Assembly (NCBI GenBank): GCA_051294905.1
Contig: CM119386.1
Location: 13,578,001 to 13,642,000 of the forward strand
Reading direction: 5' to 3'
Length of the DNA stretch: 64,000 bases
Source: Botryllus schlosseri
Taxonomy: Eukaryota
Below the pieces are notes generated by a model. The model had not been told where the DNA came from. It saw only the letters and a list, made by a program, of their open reading frames with translations, and did no database searches. Positions 25,601-38,512 of the stretch are shown here, piece by piece. Position 1 is the first letter of the stretch. Each line of letters opens with the position of its first letter. The position numbers were made by a program, and so were the translations under genes.

Positions 25601-28600
25601 TGATCACTTTAGTTCGACTCTCTGGAAGACTTCAGAGGAACGTGACGAGGTAATTAAATCATTACAGCATTTTTGAGTCGATAGAACGAGCAGCTTGACT
25701 GTTAGCTACAAACGCTGAGCAAAAGCACCCCCGTTCGTTAAAATTTTCTTCCAATGCCGGTATAACGCATAATGTCCTTGTATATGTAAGCCTTATTACC
25801 ACTGAAACTGATGACTTCACTGATTCCAGCTTTTCATTCATTCCATTTGCGCTTTTATAGATAATATTATCGACCTTATCCAACTTTGAAGTAAGAAATG
25901 GATAAATGCTTACGGGGAATATCATCTGAAAATGAATTCGCAACAGTAGCGCCCAGGCAGGAAATACCGCCGTACAACATCGTCGACGCCATTGTGATGC
26001 TTCGTCCGAACCGCTCCATAGTGAATATCACAATAGGGAAGGCCAATAATTCCATTAGGCCACTCAAGACGTTGTTAACGTAAACCGAACCTGCAACGAT
26101 AGTGCCGATTTAAACTTTACCCAGCGTATTTCCTGCATGATTATTACATTTGGTAATTGATCAACTGATTGACAATGTGACAGGTTTTGGATGGTTTTGG
26201 ATGTTGCTTGCCTATATAATGTAATATGGGGCTAGGTTTGGAATTTAAATAGCGGATTGGGGTAGGATTCGTTTAGGTTCATGTGTGATTTACTTGCATT
26301 CTTATTTGTTCCAGTGTTGGGATCTAGTCCCTACCTTCGAGTAACGAGTCATCTCGAGTCATTGTAGATTTTGACTCGAGTCCAGTCAAGTCAATCGATT
26401 TTCAAAGGTGACTCGAGTCAAGTCAAGTCACTCGTATTTAGGAGGGGATTCGAGTCAAGTCAAGTCAAGTCACGAGTCAAGTAACAATTCAAGTCAAATT
26501 GAATTTTTGGAGTACTAGTGATGATTCAAAGTCATTACATTTTGCTAGCTGTGTGAAAGTCAGATTAATTGATGATTTATCTTGAATCAAATAACGAATA
26601 TCTAGTTAAATATACATGCAAAAAGACGATGTGTCCCTAACGCACACGTAGAACTGCTAATAAAATACGGGAGTAGTTGTACAGCTACAGGATACAGTCA
26701 CTTATTATCATCCAAAATATAGGACCTAATGCGAAGCTTCAAGAAGTTAAAACAAATTTATATGGTACAATAGCCTACACTACCCGTCTACACATCCGTG
26801 AGAATATAAACGCACAAACTATATTTGTTCGATTTAAATCATACCAGAGGGTTGGTAAATGTGAGCACTGCGCAACGTAAGCATTGAGCTGTCTAAGAAA
26901 CAGAGACACATTGCTATTTAGATTAACAACTCCTAGTCGCTTCGACATCTTCCTTTCTTTTCATTGTATCGCATTTTTTGTGGTGCATTGAACTGATAAA
27001 ATTGCTAATAAACCAATGATGAACTTCTACCACTACAACTACAGCGCAAGCTGTGATCGTTTGGTTTGCGGTCAGTTTATTTGTGATGTAACAATGGATG
27101 ATCAGCGTAATGTAGAATCAGTGTGAATGACTCTCACAAGTGACACCGGCGTATCTCGAACAAATCGAACATACACAAGATACAGTGATTTATTCGACAG
27201 CGGTTACTTGATGACTTGAAATTGACTCGTAAATTTTACTCCGAGTCACGAGTCCGAGTCAAGTCAAGTCAAGTCATTTTTCCAAAGTGACTCGAGTCAA
27301 GTCATGACTCGAGTCATCCCAACACTGATTAGTTCCAATAATAATATATACTAGGGAAGAGATAACTCTTGCCTTGAACATGGCATTAAATGTTTGCATT
27401 CAGAATTCCCGATGAAATCATATCGACATAGTAATAATTATTTTAATTCCGTAGTACCCTATTAAACTTCGTCGTGTCAGACAGACTTCTCTGAAATTTT
27501 CCACATATCCAACCACTTTCTATGTTTGTGAAGTGACAGCTGTCCAGCGTCCTTGCCCAGCCCATGCTTAAGTAGCTAATTATGGTATGGTGGTAATTTA
27601 AATTTAAGTCAGACCTATATCAGTTTTATAAAAATCGATAACCACTTTTTTATAGAAAGAGCTTTTAAACCAGTATTAGGCACGTATCACTTCGTGCCTT
27701 TTTTATCAACTTAATCGTAGAATGAGTCAGTTTTGCAGGACCGATTACTTTTACCTCTGTTAATATAAATAATATAACCAAGTCAACGTAGCCTACCGCT
27801 AGAGCTGCAAGTATCTCTATGTAATTCAACAACTTGGAAAACGAATATCCGCGAGTACATAATACCTGCATATGACTAACAGTAGAGCTGTCCAAAATAA
27901 TACTTGCCAAACCTACATTAACTTGTACGCTATCTTACGTAAGAGAAAAATGAAACTCGCCTACAAGTGATCCGATGTTGAGAGAAAGGCCATAATAGAT
28001 CAGTGCAACGACAAACCATATGAAAGCGACGTTCATAGTCACGATTCTCATCCTTGGAAGAGACAACAAGACGAGCGGAGAATATTTCTTCTCGCCTTCT
28101 AAACATTTCTGTAAAATCGAACCCTTCAACACCCCGCATTCCAAAGTCCATGTGTGGTGTGACTCGGATTACCTTTACGGATGCCAAATTCCAGATGTTT
28201 TCAGGTAGGGTTACATTATTTCGTTTCGCCATTTTGCATATTATTTGTTTGGCCTGTTTCTTTCTCCCTTTAGAAAAGAGCCACCTGAAAATGTAAAGCA
28301 GGATTCGTCATTGCGTCACGTATCAATCATCAATCGCTATTGTTCTGCTTTGTTTGCACACCTTGGTGATTCTGGAAGAATGAACCAGAATAATAAAGCC
28401 GGGCAAGATACAAGAGACACTGCTAATTGTAGTTCTCTCCAATCCCGAAATCTCATTGCCATAGGAGAGAGAATCATGTAGCCGACCGCGAATGCACCCT
28501 GCACGTATATGCCGAGCACTGTTCTCCACTTTCCGCCGGTGATTTCCATCACTGTAGTAAAATTTTAGAGATTTTAACACGGTCATGCGAAATTCTGCTG

Positions 28601-31600
28601 CCATGGTTGAGCACTTACCATAAACAAATCCTATTACAGTGGTTGACATCACAAACAAGGCTAATACGAATCTCATGATGGTGAAACTGATGACAGTCTG
28701 AGTAAAGGAGCAGACAATACCGGCCACTAACAGACCCGTTTGAGAACCGACGAGAGCCGGTACGCGTCCGATCCTGAAAAGATTTATTTGCGTAAATTAC
28801 GGTTCCTCCATTCAAAACTGGCCAACAGATCTGGTCGCAATTTCTATAGAATTTGTATAGAAATGTATAAATCCGTAATCCATCTGGTTGACTCTCTTCG
28901 GAGATTTCACATCGACTAATGGATCTGCCTATCGGTATAGGGGTTTTCGTTTAACCTTTACCGTCTACAACCAGGGGCGGGCAACATACGGCCCGCGGGC
29001 CGGATCCGGCCCGCGAAGGGATTTTGTCCGGCTCGCGGACAGTTTTCCGTCTTACATGATAGTGTGGCCCGCGGACCCAATCTTCCGAGATTCCCCACTA
29101 CTTACTTACATACGTCAAATTTTAATGACTGTATGTCATTATACACGTATGCGTAGTGCGCACTTGCGCAGCGAGCGAGTGTGGAGCTTACGCGTAAACT
29201 CGTCAAAGCGAGAAGACTTATTGCATTATCGGCATTTACGATGTACTCAACCCTAATGTCATTTGTGGAAATCATGATGGTGTTTGTCGACTACAATGGT
29301 GATGAACACCAGGCCAATATTTCTTATTTTTGATTCCGTAACCGTCGACTTGTAGCAGGGCACACTTCTGGGCTTCAGTAAGACGCCGCTAATGCCTGGG
29401 ATCGCCAACTCAAAACGGGTTGGGGGAACTTTTGAATTTCGTGGAGGCCACGGGCCGCATGAATTCAATATCGAGATAAAATAGGTCACATCGTTGAACA
29501 ACCAGCAACCACGCTATCTCGTCACCTACTAAACCCTAATGAATTGATATCTTGGTAAACTTTGGTTAGCGGGCTTTATCGAACGCCTTGAAATCTTAAT
29601 TAAGAATTGCACCGTGTGTCAATTGATCAGAGAGAAACAGATATGGTGGTGCCTGTATGACAATGCTGTTCTCAAATCCACATTGTCTTCGTTTTGTTTG
29701 TTTTATTAAGACATCATTGGCGCTTATCGCTATTACAGTCATTTGCGCCCAGTACATGAATTTCAATAAGGTCAGATGTCTTTTTGCTTTCGCTTCTTCG
29801 GCGTGATCTTTAGCTGCCATCTTTCAAGAGTTCGGCTCTCTCTTCCTCTGGGCTTTTCAAGGCGATGAGGAGCCCAGATACACCTCCGACTCGAACCAGT
29901 AACCATTGGTGTCGTGACTGCAGTGTTTTATCAAATGTGCCACCCGCTTCCCCACATTGTCTTCGTCATTATTGGCGAGAAATGGCTTTGAAGTTACATT
30001 GCCGTCGTTAAAATACATTCATTAAATAGGATTTATTCATTGTATATGTGGATAATTGGGCGAATAACGTATCGATTCAGCAATCCGGCCCGCCAAGTTC
30101 CTAATTTTCCTATATCCGGCCCGCCGACTGGAGAAGTTGCCCGCCCCTGGTCTACAACGGTAGGCCTATAAAGCAGGGTACAACTGTAAAATGTCAAATT
30201 ATAAGTTCACCGACAGTGCAACATCTACGATACGAACGAAATGCAAAAATTTGTGACTTTGTAAACAATTTTCACAAAACTTTTACTTTTTTTGACATGT
30301 CAAAAAAAAAATCGCCCTACTGATGACTAATAAAGGTTATTACTGCCCCTAGTTACCAATGGCGAGCTAAAGTAGCCTAAGGATCTACTTGCGTCAAAAT
30401 AAGGGCATATGTTTTGAAGGTTAATGCAGTTTTATAGTTATAATTTCAACATTGACTCTTCATAGACCCGTTAGCACTGCGCTGCAAGTTTATCCATTAC
30501 ATCGCGGATGATTTCGACCGGACTCATTTTGGGATATGCTTTTTGTTACGTGCAATCAATCTTAGATTTTTTGTGACTCCACACCCGCGGGGTTCCACAG
30601 CATTTTGTCCGTCGTTAGTGAGTAGGAAATGGTATGAGGTGAGAAAGAAGTTACGCAAGATATTACAACGGGCCTTTTTATCCTGTTTATTGCTTCTTGG
30701 GATGTAAATACGTTCGTAATATTTTTGTAGTCAAGTTCTTATACTGCTTAACTTTACTTCCTAAAATTATAAATTTACCCCAGGTTGTAAAATCGGGTGT
30801 GGATTGTATATGATTCAGCCCGACTGCATTAAATGGCTGATCTCATTTTCGGATCTGTGTCAAATTTTGTTTTACAGCTGATTTTGTGTGTGCTGTACCG
30901 TAACCGTGCGCTGTTTACTGCCGTTCACGAATATGTGTACTTGTCATTATTGCGTCACAACGACAATATTCTTTCTATATTTCGAACTTGGTTAACCTCA
31001 TTTACTGGCGTTCACTGCTGAAGAGAGCCAGTCAGAAAGCTTCCAGTGGAATAAATATGACAATATGAACGTATTGTTTGCTGCAATATTGAAGTTCTGT
31101 ACTTCGAAAAGCCTAATTTTGTAATGATATCGAACCTTGTAAACGAGATTACAAGAATAAATGAAAACATCCAATTTCAAGGTATCCAAGGTACAAGTTT
31201 AATCCGCAACACCAGAAATTGTTTTAATCGTTTACGTCCTACCAAGTTAAGTTTCTCACCAGTCCGACGCGACTCCGCCAACGAGGGCTCCGATCAATAC
31301 GCCGCTAAAATATACTGCAGTCGATATTGTTCCAATCATTGAACGGTCACAAAGTAGATACCACTGAAATTATAGAAGGTTTTAATTATGCAATATTTCC
31401 ATCCTGTACGTTAAGTGTTCATATGATATATATGTTCGACATGTATGCTCCGATTATTACAACACGCAGCGTCGCTGGTCGCATAATCACTATAGTCTAC
31501 TGGCTGGCGTCCATGAAGAGGGTTGTAATCAAGTCACAAGGCTCCGAGTCACAAATCAATCTCACTTTCATCGTTTAGACTCGAGTCAAGTCGAGTCGTT

Positions 31601-33733
31601 TTCAATTCACCATCGAGTTAAGCTCGAGTCCAAGTCAGCGAGCAGAGGGTCGACTCCGAGTCATGGTATATTATGACTCGAGTCCAAGTCATTACGTCGA
31701 CTGCTCAGTTTCGAGTCACAGTTTTGTTAAACCAACCTTTTATAACACTGTTTGGTGATATCGAATTGTTCACATTTATCATAAACTAATTTTCCTCAAT
31801 TTTAACATTTTTTGATCGCATTTTCAAGTACTACGAAATACCAATAGTGCGGTTACTTTACTATTCTTCGAAATTACAATGACATTTCGGTCTTGGTCGT
31901 TTGAGTCTCGAGTCATATGACTTAGTCCGAGTCATGCGCAATGACTCGAGTCTATGTCGAGTCAATACACAGATTGACTCGAGTCGAGTCATTTCGGCAA
32001 TTTGAGAAAATGACTCGAGTCAAGTCGAGTCACCAGAAAATCTTGACTCGAGTCGAGTCATGACTCGAGACAATACAACCCTGCATTTGCATCCATGACT
32101 CCGATCATGCTGCTGATCTATAATATGGAAGTCCATGCTGCACACAGTAGGGATATCCTCTCACAAAACCCTACAATCAGACTTGGACAACTAGAAAATT
32201 TTCAGCTTTTCCAAATTAGATTAGAATTAGATTACCGGCATTTCGCTCTAATTTAGTGAAATTAGAAACTAGAATTATCTAGTTATCCAAGCATATACTT
32301 GGACAACTAGAAAATATTCAGCTTTTCCAAATTAGATTAGAATTAGATTACTGGCATTTCGCTCTAATTTAGTGTAATTAGACTAGAATTATTTAGTTGT
32401 CCAAGTCTGCCTACAGTACGGCCAACAGGCGGTACATAGGACGACGTTCATGAAATCAGCAAATGTTAGCTTTACTGTACGTGGGCCAGGTGCAGGCCCA
32501 CTGTACCTGTAGTCCAAATATCATGAATATTGAAAAAACACTGTTACATTGTTGTTTATTAACGCGAAATAATATACTTGTAGACCAAATCAGCAAGTAA
32601 TATGGCAATTCTTAACAATGTGAAGCAGTCATATTTCTTTTCATACGAATCATACCATATAAATGTCAGTCATTCTGCACCTCGTAGGCTACTATTTACG
32701 AAATTCTGAACACCCTGTTATTGACCGCAAAGTTGCTAATTGCTTTAGCTATAAAACGGTGTACAGAAAGCAAACATTGCTAAGAAATTATTAACTCATT
32801 AGATCAAAAATTGTTCACGAACTCAAGAGTCGATTTATTGCCCCTATAGTCTGTCTGCAGGTCTTTAGACGAGGTAGATGAACTATAATCGTTGCGCAAC
32901 CGTTCGTTTTGCTTTGCAAGCAGCAGGGTTTGTGTGGTTTACACCATAGCTGAACTGACCGCAGAAGAAGTATATATATTAGATTGTGAAGTACTGTTAC
33001 GGTAAAAATGTAGTTGAAATTCAATTTCATACCTCTGTGGCTACAGTGCTTGCGTATATTGAGGTGTCAAATACGTATGATGTGCAACTAACGATTGTTG
33101 AGTTCTCATTGGTTGTATTCCAGCACTGAAAATCGCTTCGGCTGCAATTGGTTGGATCGCTTGGGTAGTAGCTACAGGTATCATATCTCTGCAAACAATC
33201 ATCATGAATAGCCATAGTTATCAAATTCGTTTTACTAAGATGTGAAACATTATGAGCATGTAGAAAACAACTATATTGCATGCGACTTTATTTGATAAAG
33301 ACAATATCGTGATCCTACACAAACTGTGCATATTTGCGAAATGAACCACGTGACAGAGGTGCAAAACGCCAGGTGTTGCAGTGTTGTTATACAAGTATAC
33401 GGCATACATTTATATATTTAGTATGCAGCCGGGATATAAACTCACTTGATTCGCTTTTGGAGTCGTTGCGTTCAGAATATCTTCATAAGATGCGTTTTTA
33501 TAATCCATATTATCGTCGACTCCTGGTATCCAACAACGAAATGTGGGAGTAGCCGATATGAAAACAGCTATTACTTGATGCATCCCACATGGTACAATAG
33601 TGTAATAAACGATCATAACCAGGAAGAGCTGATATCTGCCGCACGATCCAATATAACTCAAAATGATACCAAAATCGATTGTTGTAGGTTCTTCATCATC
33701 TTGGCCTGCTTCACTCTCCTTCCTCTCTTTCAT
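22660..33733 (-). CDS. SLC22-family (organic cation/anion transporter-like, MFS) protein, paralog C, intact, 12 exons, 577 aa
   Basis: Exons: 33733-33446, 33188-33033, 31363-31260, 28773-28619, 28551-28362, 28284-28173, 28108-27961, 26090-25914, 24372-24264, 24094-23995, 23343-23225, 22735-22660. They total 1734 nt with consistent phases and no internal stop. Motifs: TEWYLLCDR, SDWIGR, MEITGGKWR, LPESPRWL, YYGLSLN, AELYPTVVR, LPETKG. Intron 7 is GC-AG. The specific ortholog cannot be assigned. Confidence 0.92.
25068..25603. mobile_element. MITE, TAGGGACAAGTTTTTGCAG family (degenerate)
   Basis: Inverted ends ACAAGTTTTTGCAG/CTGCAAAAACTTG. The body matches 51973-52443. Confidence 0.7.
26312..27327. 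mobile_element. hAT-type MITE with GAGTCAAGTC subterminal repeats
   Basis: TIRs CAGTGTTGGGA/TCCCAACACTG, TSD ATTTGTTC/ATTAGTTC, with many GACTCGAGTC motifs. Confidence 0.82.
28972..30149. mobile_element. hAT (Buster-like) non-autonomous element, CAGGGGCGGGCAAC family
   Basis: TIRs CAGGGGCGGGCAAC/GTTGCCCGCCCCTG with flanking repeat GTCTACAA(C). GGCCCGC subterminal repeats are present. It abuts a minus-strand hAT-derivative end at 30150-30319. Confidence 0.85.
30850..31112 (+). mobile_element. PLE 3'-end fragment with hammerhead motif and ATG-bearing tail, in SLC22-C intron 3
   Basis: The tail ATGAACGTATTGTTTGCTGCAATATTGAAGTTCTGTACTTCG (MNVLFAAILKFCTSK) resembles the tail of the PLE at 48352-48747. 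Confidence 0.6.
31011..31051 (+). ncRNA. Minimal type I hammerhead-like motif (slightly degenerate)
   Basis: UUCACUG-CUGAAGA-GAGCCAGUCA-GAAA-GCU-UC-CAGUGGAA. Helix I is CACUG/CAGUG and helix III contains the AAGCUU palindrome. Confidence 0.55.
31518..32083. mobile_element. hAT-type MITE, CAGGGTTGTAA/GACTCGAGTC family
   Basis: Ends GAGGGTTGTAAT and ATACAACCCTG. The body is colinear with 49840-50374. Confidence 0.8.
32178..32409. mobile_element. Head-to-tail dimeric MITE, CAGACTTGGACAACTAG family
   Basis: TIRs CAGACTTGGACAAC/GTTGTCCAAGTCTG, TSD CCTACAAT/CCTACAGT, with two ~115-bp internal units. A related copy starts at 44861. Confidence 0.8.
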
Positions 33734-34875
33734 CGCGGTGCTCTTTATGAATGATTTACGCTATTACAGTTAATTAAACTATAAACACATTGGCAAAAAT
33801 AGGATTCTCCAATGCTGCACTACGGAGGTTCATATATATTACCGATAAACCGAAAATTGTAAATAATCCGAGTAGCGATATGATGAATATATTTATTTCT
33901 TCAGCTGTAGGCCTATGCCTAATTGTTCCGCCTTCGATGCGCAACCTGGCCGTTTGACAGTCAATCGCTTTAGCGACTCCTTATGTAGGTTGCATGTCGC
34001 ACGTGTAGCACGCCTACTGAAATGGGACTCGGTTTATTCGTGTTTGTGTGCCTAATAGAAGAAAGCAAATACACAGAGCTAACCGCTACTTCTATTCAAA
34101 CTTGGGGCAGATCAATATTTTCGCAAGATTGCCATTTTACACAACTATCAATTTTATAGCCGGGACGTGTATGCGCACTACGCAGTGATGTGAGCTAATT
34201 TGACGGAAGTGATATAATTTGGGTAATTTTCAATCAACTGCATATGGCAGTATATTTTAAAACATAAAACAAGTTATTTTGTGTTGTCTCGGTAGACAAA
34301 TTCATCTCTAAATCCAGGAAGCATGGCATAAGCGTTAAACTTCATTTGCACGTCATGTAGAATTAAGGGGCGAAAAAATACAGTGCTCCATATGGTTCCC
34401 AAAATATGGATCGCTCTATAGCGATCGAAAAAAATTTCAGTGACATGAATCACACTGAATCAGTGAATTTTCTGTAATAAACATTGTTTCATAGAACTGA
34501 GCAGCTTACTATAACAGGTTGTCTGGATCTTCTCTATTCCTTACCTATACCCGGCAAAACGTAGCATGCTACCATTCGAAATACATTTCTGTCGGTGGGT
34601 GATTCTTGAGAGACGTTAATAAAGCTCAGATTTGAGACACGCACTACAAAGTTTGGGATTTTCATTGATTGGTGGATAATCCGAGAATTATCAACGAAAA
34701 ACTAAAATAACTCCGCTTCCACTAGGTGAAATTGAGTCAAATTTGTTTCGCATCGTCTTTGAAGACAGCTCAACAATTTCATGAAGTTGACAGAAAAATT
34801 TGGATTGTTTTTTTTTAAATTTTCCCTAATAAATTAAAATTTTTTATTGGATCTGCGGAGTCATATACTTGTTAG

Positions 34876-35292
34876 TAGGGATCGTGTGAACGTGAGGTTC
34901 GTGTTCGCGTTCTGTGTGTAAACCTCAGAAATTTAGAGGTTCACTTTCACAAACGAACCTTGGTAAGTTCTGCACCGTGAACCTTTTTCATACATTACAA
35001 TTTTCACTTCATTATAACATCTTTGGTTGAAATTTATTGCATTTTAACTGTGGCGACTATATGCATTGCGCTATCTGCATAAAAAACATTAAACGAGCAT
35101 GCACCTTGACAATTTGTGTGTAAGCTTGACCGGCAATCACACAACATCAAGAGCGAAATACTGTACACGTAGGTAGTCAGCGAATGAGGCTTATTCAACC
35201 AATCAATGAAGTTGTTCGCGTTCACACAGAATCTTTCAAAAAGGTTCGCGTTCACACCAACCTGAACCTTTCAGAAGTTCACACCATCCCTA
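34876..35292. mobile_element. hAT (Ac-like) MITE, TAGGGAT-GTGTGAAC family
   Basis: Ends TAGGGATCGTGTGAAC and GTTCACACCATCCCTA, with a perfect 8-bp TSD CTTGTTAG. Confidence 0.88.
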
Positions 35293-38200
35293 CTTGTTAG
35301 AATTGAACCAAATTTGATGTGCAGCGTTTTTTAGGGTAACCTGACAGTTTAATCAGTGAATGGCGGGAATCCGGGAAAAAAACTTATTTTTGAACAGCCC
35401 TAACCTACATCCATTCGAAATGTTATGTTGTCCTGCTACTGCGCCATGGCCGACCCGTTATATCAACCGAAATGTGTATTGCACGGGACGATAACGGTAC
35501 GGAATTACACTGTTATAATTTGAAATGTTTAACGAAATATTTTGTGGTATGAATCACGATAAATAACGTACAGTACCGGAGTGTTATTCTGGTTGAAAGT
35601 CAACGATGTTCAAAACAATAATGTTGTTGTTGTGGACAAGGGCCTTGTATGAGGAATGATGTATGATCTTTGTACCCTCGAAAATAATCAGTACTAGGTA
35701 GCGAGTTCACTAATTGCAAAACCGGTTGAGATCGGCGGAAAGTGTCCGTAAGTGGCGTTACAGCTGCTTATCCAGGAACGAGAGACCTTACCCCTCCCCC
35801 AAACTGTGAACTCGAACATGGTGAAGCAATAAGTATCCAGTATGCCACAACATATGCATGACGCGTATGTGATAATAAGCCCTAATAACTGTCACGGGAG
35901 TTTGGAATCAAATGTTCTTCGATCCTTTATGCTCAGAAATCCAAAATATATATTGATGTTCGTAGGAAACACCTTTCCCTGCTGATACCGTTACCCTGAT
36001 AAGCATTTACGCTAATCTGCAGGCCTTCAGGAATCCCAAATTGTTGCTGAGTCATAAAAACAAATCTGCTACATTACGCATCTAACTATACAGGTATACT
36101 ACGTTATTATAGATTACTGGTTCACAAAATGAACTTTGCATCAAGAATATCATCGTAGTGATCGGTCGAAGCGCAATAGCATGATACCAATTCCTTACTT
36201 GCAAATTAGCATATAGGAGATGTCATTGGTATTTCAGAAGGATGGGCTTTCGATTTCGAACCGTAACCTACCCTGCGTACGCCACTATGCATCCGACGTA
36301 CCATTACTGCCGTCGCAATCCGACTATTGCCAGCGACCAACGATGGCCAAGACGGGCGTGTCATCACAAATCATATGTTGATTGTGTGCCTTGACCTCTA
36401 AGGAACTCGTGAGACTGGTTCGCGGAGCCCTTGGAGTTCCTGGGAACAACGGCTAAGAGTCATCTCGGTTATCTTCTCACTCACCATATGAAAATATAAT
36501 CTCTGTCCTTCAAATGAATAATTATCTAGATTTCGTGATTACGGTTTGAAAGTTCCTAATGCCGTCACTCACGTTTTCGACACAGATTTCCACCTCGGAG
36601 ATCCCTGATTTCCGACAGTTACCTTCAAGACCAAAATGGCGGTGCGGATGCCAAGAATAAATCTGTAGATCCATATGACTGCATATAACTTAGGTAGTCA
36701 TATCAACTAATTTGCCTGTCATGCCTCCTTCAACCATTGTTTAACTCTAACGCGACTCTTTGTAAACTATAGCCTGGACACATAGTGGAATGAGAAAGCT
36801 TACTATTCAAACTTTTATAGTCCAACGTATTCGGTGTCATGGGTGGGATGAACTGGCATATATCCATATACTCATGTTTGAAAGGGGATCGGGTAATTAG
36901 TATTACCTCCTACATTGCTGAAAATCAAGAATCAACCACCTGCATGATTTCGCATGGGATGAACTTATTTTCGAAAACCCTTTTTGCGGTATCGCAGTGA
37001 CTCATTTCACTGCTGCGTTTGGTTCTATTGCTAACGAGGTCCTTCGTTAAAAGTTCAAGGTTGATCCTTGGCATCTATTGCCGTTTTTTTCGTCAAAGTA
37101 TCTGCAAGACTGCATACAGTCTCATTTATTGACGAACTATCAATGTATGAAGACTCGCTGCGAATTGACCCATCCACTGACCTATCCGTTCGAAAGAGAT
37201 ACAAATCACTCCTTAGTAGGTAGTTGAAGTTGCTTTGTTAAACGTTTAGAAGTGTTTTCCTCTCCAGTCCATCTCCTTTACAATCATAAACGTCATGAAG
37301 ACGTATTGCATATAAGTTTCTACATTGCTCTGAATTTATTATGCAGACCTTTGGTTGACTAAATGTTAAGTAGGCCACATGACCATTTGACATGTGCTGT
37401 TTTGTTATTTCATTGCAAGGGAAATTGATTGATACAGGCCTCATGGAATAATAATCGACTTCATCAGCAACCTATATCAGTAACGAATAACATCATCGTT
37501 TACTGTTGCGTTTCTGAATAAGGTATTGAAAGTACGGCATCATGAAATGAAGGTTCTCATCGTCAAGACATTTTTTGCTCAGATTGATTTTTTAATAATA
37601 TTAGACTACATGGCATGCAGCTTTCTTTTTTATTCCACTCAGAATCATCCAATAAAATTAATATACTCATGGGTCGTATCCATGAATTGTAGTGCGGTCT
37701 TACTATTACAGATGAGTCGGAATACAGCGGTCCTTGTTGCGAAATGGTCTGGTGCAAGATATTTGCAAGAAACCAATATTGCCCGTGACCCCGTTTTCGC
37801 CAAGATAATAAAAATAGGTATTGCATTCTGTGTCCTTTTTGTAACGAGAAGGCCAATATAACATAAAATATCACTTTATTCTAGTCCACATATAAGCAAC
37901 TACTGCAATTTTATTTACAAATATTTGCAAACATAACAATGGATGAGTGATCAAAATATATACCAATGACTGACAGCATATCTCATGCCATTAAAATGCC
38001 GGATGTAATCCAGATAGTTAACAACGCCGTACATACATTATAGTTGTCATTTATCAAATATTATCAGTAGCGAAACAAACACATGGTTAAGAACAAGTTG
38101 ACACATTGCATATTTTTAATTGTATGATCGAATTTGTTACAGTACTTGTTCTTTTCCACAGTGTCTCTCCAAATGTCATTGTGTGTGCGGCAAACGTGGG

Positions 38201-38512
38201 GCGATGACTGCATCAATGTAATAGATTGCGACTAAAATTGCCCCTGCAATCCACGGTTATGATCACGATGTTACTGCAAACTCTCGCAGTATAGTTGATC
38301 ACGATGACATAATAAATCGTCACGATTATTCACGATTACATTTATTTTGTTCTCTTCAACTTGAGCCTTGACTCATATTTGAAGACAATATAATTATTGC
38401 GATGAGACTATATCATGAGAGATCATTGATGACTTTTTGCTTAGAGTTAGATTAGGTAACGGTGAATGCAAGACATTTATCAAAATCGCTGACATTTATG
38501 CCAAAAAGAATC

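Noticed and set aside
28963-30158. Apparent 9-bp TSD (GTCTACAAC) on a hAT-like element
   Set aside because: It reads equally well as 8-bp GTCTACAA plus one extra C. The 8-bp reading fits the nnnTAnnn pattern of related elements.
26340-32070. Regularly recurring GACTCGAGTC/CAAGTC motifs suggesting a CRISPR-like array
   Set aside because: Spacing is irregular, the motifs are short and confined within TIR- and TSD-bounded MITEs, and the context is eukaryotic with no cas genes.
34366-34830. Possible TTAA-flanked (Kolobok-like) MITE; similar hints at 380-720 and 1830-2140
   Set aside because: Matching termini and a TSD could not be established by eye.
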